From positions 136,900 to 200,899 of the forward strand of contig JAGXGK010000015.1 in assembly GCA_024636785.1 (NCBI GenBank): a stretch of 64,000 nt of DNA, in the 5' to 3' direction. Source of the stretch: Gammaproteobacteria bacterium (GTDB taxonomy: Bacteria; Pseudomonadota; Gammaproteobacteria; SZUA-229). Made by a program: the position numbers and the translations under genes. The notes under the pieces were generated by a model, which saw only the letters and a program-made list of their open reading frames with translations, ran no database searches and was not told the origin of the DNA. How positions within the stretch are numbered: position 1 is the first letter of the stretch; each line of letters begins with the position of its first letter. Positions 20,459-29,811 of this stretch are shown here, in pieces.

Positions 20459-20974
20459 ATGAAAATAATGATTGCTTTAACCATTGCCCTGCTGGGCATG
20501 AGCCTGCAGGCGAGGGCGGTCGATTATGAATTACCGGATCTCGACGGCAAACCACAGGCGCTCGACCAGTACCTCGGTAAGTGGGTGGTGGTGAATTACT
20601 GGGCCACCTGGTGCAACACATGCATCAAGGAACTGCCGGACCTTATCGCCTTGCATGAAGGTAATAAAGATGGCGAAATAGTCGTCGTCGTCGGCATAAA
20701 TTACGAGATGATAAATTTAGATAGACTGAAAAACTTTGTGGCACAGTATTCCATTCCCTATTTGGTTCTACGCAGCGAACCGGTGTCGACGACACCGCTG
20801 GGCCCAGTGCCGGCCCTGCCTACCACCTATATCATTAACCCCGAGGGGATAACCGTAGCCGGCGAGATCGGTATAGTCACCCGGCAAAATCTTGAAGATT
20901 ATATAAATGAGAGAAAAGCCGCCTATGAACGCACTAAAATCACACGGCAGCCCGAAGCTGAAATTCAGGGTTGA
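20459..20974 (+). CDS. TlpA-family thiol-disulfide oxidoreductase, exported
   Basis: Signal peptide, GKWVVVNYWATWCNTCIKELP, LPTTYII; start taken at ATG 20459. Confidence 0.9.
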   Translation: MKIMIALTIALLGMSLQARAVDYELPDLDGKPQALDQYLGKWVVVNYWATWCNTCIKELPDLIALHEGNKDGEIVVVVGINYEMINLDRLKNFVAQYSIPYLVLRSEPVSTTPLGPVPALPTTYIINPEGITVAGEIGIVTRQNLEDYINERKAAYERTKITRQPEAEIQG

Positions 20975-21343
20975 ATTTTAACTGGATTGAGACCGATTCT
21001 CTGAGCAAAGCAGTTCAGATAAAGGCTTAGGCTCCTAACTTTTATCATCTATAACGCCTGCGAGAAATCTCTGAAATAGTGGTTGAAGTGTCAGCTCTTT
21101 ATGCAGGCATTGACGTGCTAAATGGATTGCTCCAGGAAGGATCACCCTTTGCTTTAATCGCCATAAACCCGACAGTCTACTGGAACCATAAACAGCACAT
21201 CCTTTCACCATGGCCCTGATCTGTGCCGCCTGTGAACCCAGCACAGATTTGCGCGGCAGAGTCTATTCTTCCTGCTGATAGTATGGCGTCACCATAGTCA
21301 GCTATACTTTTATGGATGGTTATTAAGAGTATGGTTATTTCCT

Positions 21344-21775
21344 ATGTTGTTTAATATTCAAAAGCCGGGCATGGTTATATTACTGCTGCTGGCTTCACCA
21401 TTGTGGGCGAATTCCAGGTCGGTCGCGCCGGAGAGTATTCCCGGTGCGGTGATGGTGAGTGCGGAGGAGGTGATCGAGCTGATTCTGACCAGTCCTGAGC
21501 TGGTGGTGATTGATTCGCGCAAGAAAAACGAGTACAGCAAAGGGCATATCGAGAGCGCGGTGAATCTGCTGAATGCCGATATGCAGCCGGAGATGCTGGC
21601 CGAACTGGTGCCGGACAAGTCGGGCGCGATTCTATTTTACTGTAATGGGATTCACTGTCTGCGCAGTGCTGATGCGGTGAGCAAAGCGTTGAGCTGGGGA
21701 TATGAAAATATTTTCTGGTTCAGAGGCGGTTGGCAGGAATGGACAGAAAAACGGCTTCCGATGATATCCGATTAA
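21344..21775 (+). CDS. exported single-domain rhodanese
   Basis: Signal peptide (LWA), VIDSR, GHIESAVNL, FYCNGIHCLRS, FRGGWQEW. Confidence 0.88.
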   Translation: MLFNIQKPGMVILLLLASPLWANSRSVAPESIPGAVMVSAEEVIELILTSPELVVIDSRKKNEYSKGHIESAVNLLNADMQPEMLAELVPDKSGAILFYCNGIHCLRSADAVSKALSWGYENIFWFRGGWQEWTEKRLPMISD

Positions 21776-21811
21776 TCGCTGAGTTTGATTATATATTTCG
21801 GTTATAAACTA

Positions 21812-23683
21812 ATGCGCGTAGAAAATATTTCTATCAGGGCGGCAACGATATTCATTTTTACAATGATTGCAGTGGTAGCGATTATTCTGTCGTTGTTTGC
21901 CGGTAATTATTTCAGGCAGTCGGCGCTGGATGCGCAGGTGAGTAATCTATCGCGTGTAATTGAAGTGGCTGCACAGGAAATGTTCAAGCATGTAAGAGAT
22001 CATACTTTTGATCTGGGGATGAAGCTGGGTAACAATGCCGAGCTGATTAAGGCGGTTGATGAAATTGAGTCACCAGGAGGTGAGTCGAAGCTGGAGGCGT
22101 TACTGGATGATCCGTTTATTAATGGCTTTGTTGGTATTGCCGAAATCGATATGGTCAAGCTCAGGGTTTATGATCTGAATTTGCGCCTACTGGCCGAGAG
22201 CAGTCAGGGGGTGACCGATCTGGTGCGTGCGCCGTCTGTTTATCTGCAAAATATACTTCAACAGCGCCGGGGGGTTGAACGCCTGAAAGCCGTTGATGGA
22301 CTGTGGAACTCGCCGCACGGGCCATTATATTCTACGGTGGTGCCGGTGGGCGGATTACGACTGATGGCTTATCTGGAAGTGGTCGTTAACCCGGCGTTTA
22401 ATGTTCCGGAAATCGGCAAAATCACTAAAACACCGGTCAATGTGTTTTCCGCCACCGGCAAGCCGTTGAGCAATGCTGCAAACGAAGACCGTGCTCATTT
22501 TCTGCCTGTGGAATTTAATCTTTTGGCCTCAGACGGCGAACTCGCCTTTCGTATTGTTGGCTACGAAAATGTCGAAAAACTCAATGAGGAAATGGAAAAC
22601 ACGCGCACGGTCACTATCAGTGGTTTTTTGCTGCTCTCAATGCTGTCACTGGCTTTCGCGCTCTGGCTGTTTAACCGTTTTCTATTTATACCGGTGAGCC
22701 GGATGATCACTGATATGGATAAGATCGCCGGTGGCAATATGAAAATAGAAGTAAACAGAACGGGTCTGCGGGAATTTTATCTGCTTGCCAAAAGCTTTAA
22801 TGCCATGGCTGACAAGGTAAAACTCAGAACAGATGAACTCAGAGATTCGCAAAACCGTCTGCGCCATCTGCTCGATCTGGATGAATACGCCATTTTGTAT
22901 TTTGCTCTTGATCATGGCGTGCTTTATTTTAATAAAAGCACTTCGGATCTTTTTGGTTATGACAATGGCGAAATCAATGATCTGGAATTCACTGATCTGT
23001 TTACCGATGATGTTACAAAATTAATATCCAGTCTGAATAAGGACGCGGGGCAAAACAGATTACAGATGAAAATGCAGTGTCGGACTAAAGCCGGCGCAGT
23101 TTTTCAGTGTCATGCGATGGTCAGGCAATTAGAAATTATGGGGGAGCCGGGCTATGCCGTGGTCATCCGCCCTGCAGCCAGCCTGCCGGCTGATCTGAAC
23201 CAGCAGTTCACTACGAATAGTGGCGAGCTTGATGAAGTCGGCGCTAGACAGGTTGAACAGTCGCTGAAACGGATCATAGAAATCGCCAGTGATAACCCGG
23301 CACTGTTACTGGGGCTGGATGTGTCAGGGTTGTCCGAGTCGCAACTGAATACAGCAGCAGACAAGAAAACCTTGCTGCGTGAACGTGCTGTTGCGGTAAT
23401 GTCGGCGGTACTGGCTTGCTGGGAATATGATCTGGGCAAGAGCAAGGTTGATCTGGCAGATGCGAGCGGCATCTGGCCGGTATACATGGACAAGTCGACA
23501 CCGACCACGCGCACCCTTGACCGATACCTGCATATCGACACCTGTCCCAAAAATCCGCGCTGTCAGCGGGTAGTAGATACCGCTGAATTTGTACTCAGGC
23601 AAATCGGTGGTCGGCAGACCTCATACCGGCAAAAACTGGCCGAGACGCTCGACGCGTTACGTCAGACGATAACAGGCGTGTAG
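21812..23683 (+). CDS. membrane sensor: TM-periplasmic domain-TM-HAMP-PAS-uncharacterised output domain
   Basis: Two TM helices, HAMP (PVSRMITDMDKIAGGNM...EFYLLAKSFNAMA), PAS (LLDLDEYAILYF...YFNKSTSDLFGY); no H-box, GGDEF, EAL or MCP motif. Confidence 0.78.
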   Translation: MRVENISIRAATIFIFTMIAVVAIILSLFAGNYFRQSALDAQVSNLSRVIEVAAQEMFKHVRDHTFDLGMKLGNNAELIKAVDEIESPGGESKLEALLDDPFINGFVGIAEIDMVKLRVYDLNLRLLAESSQGVTDLVRAPSVYLQNILQQRRGVERLKAVDGLWNSPHGPLYSTVVPVGGLRLMAYLEVVVNPAFNVPEIGKITKTPVNVFSATGKPLSNAANEDRAHFLPVEFNLLASDGELAFRIVGYENVEKLNEEMENTRTVTISGFLLLSMLSLAFALWLFNRFLFIPVSRMITDMDKIAGGNMKIEVNRTGLREFYLLAKSFNAMADKVKLRTDELRDSQNRLRHLLDLDEYAILYFALDHGVLYFNKSTSDLFGYDNGEINDLEFTDLFTDDVTKLISSLNKDAGQNRLQMKMQCRTKAGAVFQCHAMVRQLEIMGEPGYAVVIRPAASLPADLNQQFTTNSGELDEVGARQVEQSLKRIIEIASDNPALLLGLDVSGLSESQLNTAADKKTLLRERAVAVMSAVLACWEYDLGKSKVDLADASGIWPVYMDKSTPTTRTLDRYLHIDTCPKNPRCQRVVDTAEFVLRQIGGRQTSYRQKLAETLDALRQTITGV

Positions 23684-24029
23684 CCTGATCAGTCAAAAGT
23701 TTAGGTAATGAATTTAGTCGCCATTCATGGCGAATGGCCGCTACCAATGCCGGAAGCTGAGGCAGTTTGTAAAGGGAGGGTTAAAAGCGCCTTTCTATTT
23801 CATGCTGGCGCATAAAAAAATGTAGAATCTGCAACGAATTGTGCAGTAGTAGTCGATTCTCAGGGCCAGGTATTACTTATCAAATGTTATAATATGGGAT
23901 CCAAATCTGTATTTGTTAAGTGATGGTGAACGATTTTTAACCAATTCCAGTACTTTTAGACTCATTTATATTGGACAAGGTGCGGGGTGGTTTTCAGCGA
24001 AATGGAGGAGTTTATACCTTACTATACTC

Positions 24030-24376
24030 AAATTCCTGGCGAGCATACCGGTGAGGGAATGCATCTGGTTGCGGCTGGTGAACAGAGTGAATTTCCCGGG
24101 GCCGGTCTCGCGCAGGCGGTCTTCCATGATCTGGAAGGCCTCATCCCGGGAGATCACTACAAAATCCGGGCTGTCCCGGTCGGTTGACGCCTTTGCGGTA
24201 TCGAAGCAGCCTGGTCAGTCGCGCCAGCGAATACCGCTTCATATCGCCCCAGCTGGCTTTGGCGTAGATTACCCCCCCTTACTGAGAGGGTGGTTCGGGT
24301 TGTTCTGGATGTGGCGCACCTCAACGTCGCGTAGGCTGAATCATATGCTACAACGACAGATGCACACGTAAAAAGG
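24030..24376 (-). pseudogene. soeA: decayed 5' fragment of SoeA-like molybdopterin sulfite dehydrogenase
   Basis: Three-frame reading: YVCICRCSI*FSLRDVEVRHIQNNPNHPLSKG / VIYAKASWGDMKRYSLARLTRLL / DFVVISRDEAFQIMEDRLRETGPGKFTLFTSRNQMHSLTGML; one stop, two frameshifts. Confidence 0.72.
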
Positions 24377-24492
24377 GGGTATAACTTTTTTGTATAGGGG
24401 GCTTAGTATTACTATGCTCGACATTTGCTCATTTTAAAGATAACCTATCGCCCAATAATTCAATAACGATAATTTTTTAGAGGATAATCCCA

Positions 24493-25344
24493 ATGTTCAC
24501 GAACAATCCTTTTGCCGAGCTTTCGGCATCTATACCACCCAATATAATGCAGGGGTATCTCATTTTGATGGTGCTGCTGGTTATAGGTGGCACAATACTT
24601 GACATGATTCACAAAAAAAGCGCGCGGTACTTTTTCGAAAATGCGGAAAAGGCGAAGGCGAATGCGAAACGGGCAGTGGGTACTGGAGAAAAAGCAAGTA
24701 TTGCTATTTCAACGGTAGCAAGCGAAGTATTAACTTCTTCTGAATTCTGTAACGTAAGACGTAGATTTTCACATCTTTTGACCATGTACGGTTTCATTAT
24801 ATTTGTTGTTACTACCGTCATTATGATTTTTGGCTATTCAGCTCCTGGATCATCCATGCCGGGCATCCTGCCACTACTCTGGCATATAGGTGCGCTCATG
24901 CTGGCTGTTGGTGGTTACTGGTTCTGGTTTTTTATCCGGGTTGATGTCTCTGCGGAGGGCCTGCCATGGAATCGTCTGGAACGTGCAGATTTGTTTATTC
25001 TCTCACTGCTCGCAACCTCAACTTTCGGATTGATCTGGTCCTTTCTACAGTCACAAGGTGTTTCTATGGCATCAACCATAGCCTTCGCTTTGTTTATCGT
25101 GTCAAGTACGGTGCTTTTTGGCGGCGTACTGTGGTCCAAGTTTGCGCATATGTTCTTCAAGCCAGCGGCAGCTTTTCAGAAAAAAGTTACCAGAGCGGAT
25201 GGCTCCAGAGAGAATTTACCTGAAGAGTATGATTTGACCGATCCTGCTGTACAGAAAAGATTTCCCGATATCCCTGAGTATATGGGCAAGACTCCACCCT
25301 ATATGGGGCTTGGTATTAAGCGTGAGAAACCAAACCACTACTAA
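24493..25344 (+). CDS. aprM: APS reductase membrane anchor AprM
   Basis: Multi-TM, HKKSARYFF, SHLLTMYG, WFWFFIRVDV, WSKFAHMFFKP; directly upstream of aprB. Confidence 0.9.
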   Translation: MFTNNPFAELSASIPPNIMQGYLILMVLLVIGGTILDMIHKKSARYFFENAEKAKANAKRAVGTGEKASIAISTVASEVLTSSEFCNVRRRFSHLLTMYGFIIFVVTTVIMIFGYSAPGSSMPGILPLLWHIGALMLAVGGYWFWFFIRVDVSAEGLPWNRLERADLFILSLLATSTFGLIWSFLQSQGVSMASTIAFALFIVSSTVLFGGVLWSKFAHMFFKPAAAFQKKVTRADGSRENLPEEYDLTDPAVQKRFPDIPEYMGKTPPYMGLGIKREKPNHY

Positions 25345-25386
25345 TACTCACATAACTAAATTAACTTTAAAATAAAGAGAAATATT

Positions 25387-25869
25387 ATGCCAACTTTTGT
25401 ATATATGACTCGTTGTGATGGTTGTGGGCAATGCGTAGATATTTGTCCATCCGACATCATGCACATCGATAAAACACTGAGACGTGCTTATAACATTGAA
25501 CCTAACATGTGCTGGGAATGTTATTCCTGTGTAAAGGCCTGCCCTCACCAGGCAATTGATGTACGTGGCTACGCCGATTTTGCGCCACTGGGTCATTCGG
25601 TACGTGTACTTCGTGATGAAGAAAAAGGCACCATTGCCTGGCGCATCAAGTTCCGCAACGGTAAAAAAGACATGGAGCTGCTGGCGCCTATCACAACCAA
25701 GCCATGGGGCGAATTTATTCCTCAGCTTGCTGATGAGCCTGTTCCTAGCAAGGAGATGCGCGATAGCCATCTGCTGTACAACGAACCTAAATACATTCGT
25801 CTCGATGAAGGTGGTCTCCACACGCTCGAGTCCAATGGGCTGACACTGAAAGCGGGAGTATATTACTGA
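25387..25869 (+). CDS. aprB: adenylylsulfate reductase beta subunit
   Basis: MPTFV, CDGCGQCVDICP and CWECYSCVKACP ferredoxin motifs, VRGYADFAP. Confidence 0.97.
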   Translation: MPTFVYMTRCDGCGQCVDICPSDIMHIDKTLRRAYNIEPNMCWECYSCVKACPHQAIDVRGYADFAPLGHSVRVLRDEEKGTIAWRIKFRNGKKDMELLAPITTKPWGEFIPQLADEPVPSKEMRDSHLLYNEPKYIRLDEGGLHTLESNGLTLKAGVYY

Positions 25870-27740
25870 TGGGATACAAAACAATTATTGAAGACGATAT
25901 TGACGTTCTGGTCGTTGGCGCTGGTTTAGGCGGTACTGGTGCGGCTTTCGAAGCAAGATATTGGGGCAAGGATAAGAAAATTGTCATTGCAGAAAAAGCA
26001 AATATCGATCGTTCCGGTGCGGTAGCTCAGGGTCTTTATGCTATCAACTGTTACATGGGTACACGCTGGGGTGAGAACAATCCAGAAGATCACGTCCGTT
26101 ATGCTCGTATGGATCTGATGGGTATGGTTCGTGAAGATCTCGCCTTCGATATGGCGCGTCACGTTGACTCCGCTGTACATCAGTTTGAAGACTGGGGTCT
26201 GCCACTGATGAAAAACCCTGAGACAGGTGCATACCTGCGTGAAGGGCGTTGGCAGATCATGATTCACGGTGAATCATATAAGCCGATTGTTGCAGAAGCA
26301 GCGAAAAAATCAGCAGACAAAGTGTTTAACCGTATCTGCGTAACCCATCTGCTGATGGATGACGCCAAAGAGAACCGTGTCGCGGGTGCTGTAGGCTTCA
26401 ATGTACGTACTGGTAACTACCATGTATTCAAGTCCAAAACCGTAATCTGTGGCGCCGGTGGTGCATCCAATATCTTCAAGCCGCGTTCAGTTGGTGAAGG
26501 TGCGGGTCGTGTCTGGTACGCACCATGGTCATCCGGGTCTGCGTATGGTCTTATGATCGATGCAGGCGCGAAGATGACTCAAATGGAAAACCGTATCGTA
26601 CTGGCCCGATTCAAGGATGGTTACGGTCCTGTAGGCGCATACTTCCTGCACCTCAAGACTTATACGCAAAACTGTCTGGGTGAAGAGTATGAATCCAAGT
26701 GGTTCCCGGCTCTAACTGAAATGGTAGGTAAAGAGTATCTGGATACGGAAGGTCAGCATTTATCCCACAAACCAATACCGACCTGTTTGCGTAACCATGC
26801 ATTTATTTCAGAAGTAAATGCCGGTCGTGGTCCGATCCACATGGTCACTATGGAAGCCTTCCAGGACCCTCATCTTGAAGAGATTGGCTGGCACAACTTC
26901 CTGGGTATGACTGTTGGTCAGGCAGTACTTTGGGCTGCAACTGACGTTGATCCTAAATACGAAAACCCTGAATTAACAACTTCTGAGCCGTATGTAATGG
27001 GTTCGCATGCAACAGGTTGTGGTGCATGGTGCTCAGGTCCGGAAGATGTGTCTCCAGATGAATATTTTTGGGGCTACAACCGTATGACCTCAGTCGAAGG
27101 CCTGTTTGGCGCAGGTGATGCGGTAGGTGGTACACCTCATGCGTTCTCATCGGGCTCTTTCACGGAAGGTCGTCTGGCTGCTAAAGCTGCCTGTCAATAT
27201 ATTGATGATGGCAAAGCGAAGGGCATTCGTGTTTCCGAGCAACAGATTGAAAACCGTAAAAAAGAAATCTACAAACCAATGGAAACATATACTGTAGGTC
27301 GTAACGAAATTGTTGGGGGTAGTGTTAACCCTAATTACATCAACCCACGTCAGGGGCTTGATCGTCTGCAGAAGATGATGGACGAGTACTGTGGTGGTTT
27401 TGGTGTGAACTACATGACCAACGAAAAGCTACTCCAGATCGGTCTTAAGAAAATGAAGATTTTTGAGGAAGATCTGGAAAAAGTCGCTGCTGAAGATATC
27501 CATGAACTACTGCGTGCATGGGAACTGAAGCACCGTTTCCGTACTTCTGAGAGCGTGTTCCAGCATACGTTGTTCCGTAAGGAGACACGTTGGCCTGGTT
27601 ACTACTACCGTGGTGATGCGATGAAGCTGGATGATGAAAACTGGCATGTATTGACAGTTTCTCATCGTGATCGTAAAACTGGTGAGTACACAATGGAAAA
27701 AGCGCCTTGTTACCATCTGGTAGGTGAGAACGAGGAATAA
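25869..27740 (+). CDS. aprA: adenylylsulfate reductase alpha subunit
   Basis: GAGLGG FAD motif, RSGAVAQGL, WQIMIHGESYK, RFKDGYGPVGA, FSSGSFTEG, ETRWPGYYYR. Confidence 0.98.
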   Translation: MGYKTIIEDDIDVLVVGAGLGGTGAAFEARYWGKDKKIVIAEKANIDRSGAVAQGLYAINCYMGTRWGENNPEDHVRYARMDLMGMVREDLAFDMARHVDSAVHQFEDWGLPLMKNPETGAYLREGRWQIMIHGESYKPIVAEAAKKSADKVFNRICVTHLLMDDAKENRVAGAVGFNVRTGNYHVFKSKTVICGAGGASNIFKPRSVGEGAGRVWYAPWSSGSAYGLMIDAGAKMTQMENRIVLARFKDGYGPVGAYFLHLKTYTQNCLGEEYESKWFPALTEMVGKEYLDTEGQHLSHKPIPTCLRNHAFISEVNAGRGPIHMVTMEAFQDPHLEEIGWHNFLGMTVGQAVLWAATDVDPKYENPELTTSEPYVMGSHATGCGAWCSGPEDVSPDEYFWGYNRMTSVEGLFGAGDAVGGTPHAFSSGSFTEGRLAAKAACQYIDDGKAKGIRVSEQQIENRKKEIYKPMETYTVGRNEIVGGSVNPNYINPRQGLDRLQKMMDEYCGGFGVNYMTNEKLLQIGLKKMKIFEEDLEKVAAEDIHELLRAWELKHRFRTSESVFQHTLFRKETRWPGYYYRGDAMKLDDENWHVLTVSHRDRKTGEYTMEKAPCYHLVGENEE

Positions 27741-27802
27741 GCAAATAAAGGCTTTATTTTGCTACAAACAGGCTAACAATATTTACGTTAACCTGGTTGT
27801 GT

Positions 27803-27842
27803 AAAAAAAGGGACCGGCATGTTTAGTGTTGGTCCTTTTTTT
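27803..27842. terminator. intrinsic terminator after aprA (A- and T-tracts on both sides)
   Basis: AAAAAAAGGGACCGGCAT-GTTTA-GTGTTGGTCCTTTTTTT. Confidence 0.75.
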
Positions 27843-27919
27843 ATTATTATATAAGAGTGGAATAATCACCGCTGTGAACAATATTGAAAAACATTGTGTT
27901 TTTTGATGGGGCTTGTTTA

Positions 27920-28270
27920 ATGAATATTATTGAAAAAACAGATGAAGAGATTTTAGCGCTGGCAAACCCGATGTGGGCAGACCTTGTCAAATACTCGAAT
28001 GAAAAAAACTACGGTGCTTTCACCCGTAATTTTTCAACTGCTCTGCAAATGGGTGCTAATGAAATAGAAATGGGTAAGCAGTTTGCAAGAAGCGACCTGG
28101 CGAAAAACCTGTCTGAAGATTATGAATATCTTGGTATCATTCGTCGTGGTGAATATGTGACTGTTCTGTATAAACAGAGAAATAGCAAGGATGGAAGTGA
28201 ATGGCTGGGCAGATTGGTGCTGGGTTATGAAAATGACAAGATAAGAATCTTTGGTGCTACATTGTTCTAA
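27920..28270 (+). CDS. hypothetical protein
   Basis: 116-aa ORF filling the gap, co-oriented with neighbours; no recognised motif. Confidence 0.7.
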   Translation: MNIIEKTDEEILALANPMWADLVKYSNEKNYGAFTRNFSTALQMGANEIEMGKQFARSDLAKNLSEDYEYLGIIRRGEYVTVLYKQRNSKDGSEWLGRLVLGYENDKIRIFGATLF

Positions 28271-28302
28271 GATAGATTTATATAAAGCAGGCTATTCTAG
28301 TT

Positions 28303-28803
28303 ATGTCAGATATAATACAAAACGAAAAATTCGTTGAACTAAGTTATAAGGTCATCGATAAAAAAACCGGCGACGTACTTGTTACCATTGATTATTCTCT
28401 GGGTTATGTTCATGGTGTGAACGATGTTCTGTCAGAACAGGTGACTAAGGAGCTGGATGGTAAAAAGGTGGGTGATGTCATCGAAGTGCCGGTTGACACC
28501 AGACTATTATATGGTGAGAGAGATGAATCGCTGGTGTTTACCGATAATATCGAAAATGTCCCGGAGGAATATCGGGAAATCGGTATGACCATTACCATGG
28601 AAAGTGAGAAAGGTGAGCCCAGAAATTTTATCGTCACTCGCTTTGATGACAAAACATTAACCGTCGATGGCAATAATCCGCTGTGTGGTAGAGATGTTAT
28701 TTTCACGTTGGAGGTACTGAACATACGTGAAGCAACTGATGAAGAAATCGACCTTGGTGGTGCAGTAGGCGCGGATCCGGATATCAATGAAATTCTCAAA
28801 TAA
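28303..28803 (+). CDS. SlyD-like FKBP-type peptidyl-prolyl isomerase (no His-rich tail)
   Basis: YVHG, LDGKKVGD, YGERDE, VDGNNPLCGRDVIF.LEV, REATDEEI. Confidence 0.85.
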   Translation: MSDIIQNEKFVELSYKVIDKKTGDVLVTIDYSLGYVHGVNDVLSEQVTKELDGKKVGDVIEVPVDTRLLYGERDESLVFTDNIENVPEEYREIGMTITMESEKGEPRNFIVTRFDDKTLTVDGNNPLCGRDVIFTLEVLNIREATDEEIDLGGAVGADPDINEILK

Positions 28804-29806
28804 TTATATTTTTTATCCAGACAATAAAGCGCTGGAAAAAGCAGTTGAACACTATAAGTCTCTGGTTTCTGATGATGAAGCCACGAGCGCTAATGCTGAT
28901 AACAGGGTGACCGTGCCGGATAATTTTATTTATACGCGCGGTAATTTTGAGCAACATCGTTACAGTGCCAATGTGTTCACAAATGCGTGCAATGTGCTTG
29001 AAGCTACATTGACTGAGGAAATTCGTCAGCAATCACCTTTAGATTGGGCTGCAACACAGAATAGCCTTGGTAATATATTATCGGCACTTGGTCAGCAACA
29101 AAGGAATGCCGATTTGTTTAACAAGGCAATCGCATGCTTTAACCATGCACTGGAAGTGTTTGGCCAGGAAGATTCACCGCTAGACTGGGCTGCTACGCAA
29201 TCTAATCTGGGTTCTGCCCTGCAGGCGCTGGGCAGGCAGGAGTCTGACTCAAAAGCATTGAAAAATTCCATTGATGCTTATTCTGCTGCGTTATTGGAAT
29301 ATTCCCGAAAAGAGACGCCGCAACAATGGGCTTCGGTAATGTTTCAACTGGGCGTGACTTTTCATACATATGGACGTCTTCTCAAAGGTAACCGCACTTT
29401 CCAAAAGTCGGTTGTAGCTTATAAGAATGCACTTGCAGAGTTCGATGCAGATGATTACGCTCTCGAATTAACCACCACTCATAATAACCGTGGCGCAGTA
29501 CTGCATCATTTGGGCGAGTCCGAAGAAAACCCAGAACGTCTGGAAGAAGCAATTAGAGCCTATGAGACGGCATTAACGGTATGCATGGAACAACAACTTC
29601 CTTTTCACCTGGCAGTATTATGCCGGGTCAATAAAGCAACGGCACAAGGTGTGCTCGCTGAATTAACAAATAATTCAGTGCTTGCTGACGAAGTCGCAGA
29701 TGAATTTGAATTGATTATCGAATGTTTTCCGCACGTCCTTCAACCATTGTGCCTAAAACACTGCGAAGAGCAGTTGAGTAAGGTGCAATCCTTGTCGCTC
29801 AACTGA
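28787..29806 (+). CDS. tetratricopeptide repeat protein
   Basis: Repeated PLDWAATQNSLG/PLDWAATQSNLG/PQQWASVMFQLG TPR units. Confidence 0.85.
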   Translation: MKFSNNYIFYPDNKALEKAVEHYKSLVSDDEATSANADNRVTVPDNFIYTRGNFEQHRYSANVFTNACNVLEATLTEEIRQQSPLDWAATQNSLGNILSALGQQQRNADLFNKAIACFNHALEVFGQEDSPLDWAATQSNLGSALQALGRQESDSKALKNSIDAYSAALLEYSRKETPQQWASVMFQLGVTFHTYGRLLKGNRTFQKSVVAYKNALAEFDADDYALELTTTHNNRGAVLHHLGESEENPERLEEAIRAYETALTVCMEQQLPFHLAVLCRVNKATAQGVLAELTNNSVLADEVADEFELIIECFPHVLQPLCLKHCEEQLSKVQSLSLN

Positions 29807-29811
29807 CTGCC

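Noticed and set aside
21027-21297. Lone MITE end (AGGCTCCTA) and 69-aa minus-strand ORF
   Set aside because: No matching second TIR and no recognisable protein motif; could be debris but unsupported
24341-24343. In-frame TGA in the soeA-like fragment as selenocysteine
   Set aside because: It falls after the Cys cluster at a non-Cys position and is accompanied by frameshifts and loss of conserved residues, so it is read as decay
23913-24371. Plus-strand ORFs of 152 aa and 66 aa upstream of aprM (possible sat or regulator)
   Set aside because: No Sat motifs; better explained as antisense shadows of the soeA relic
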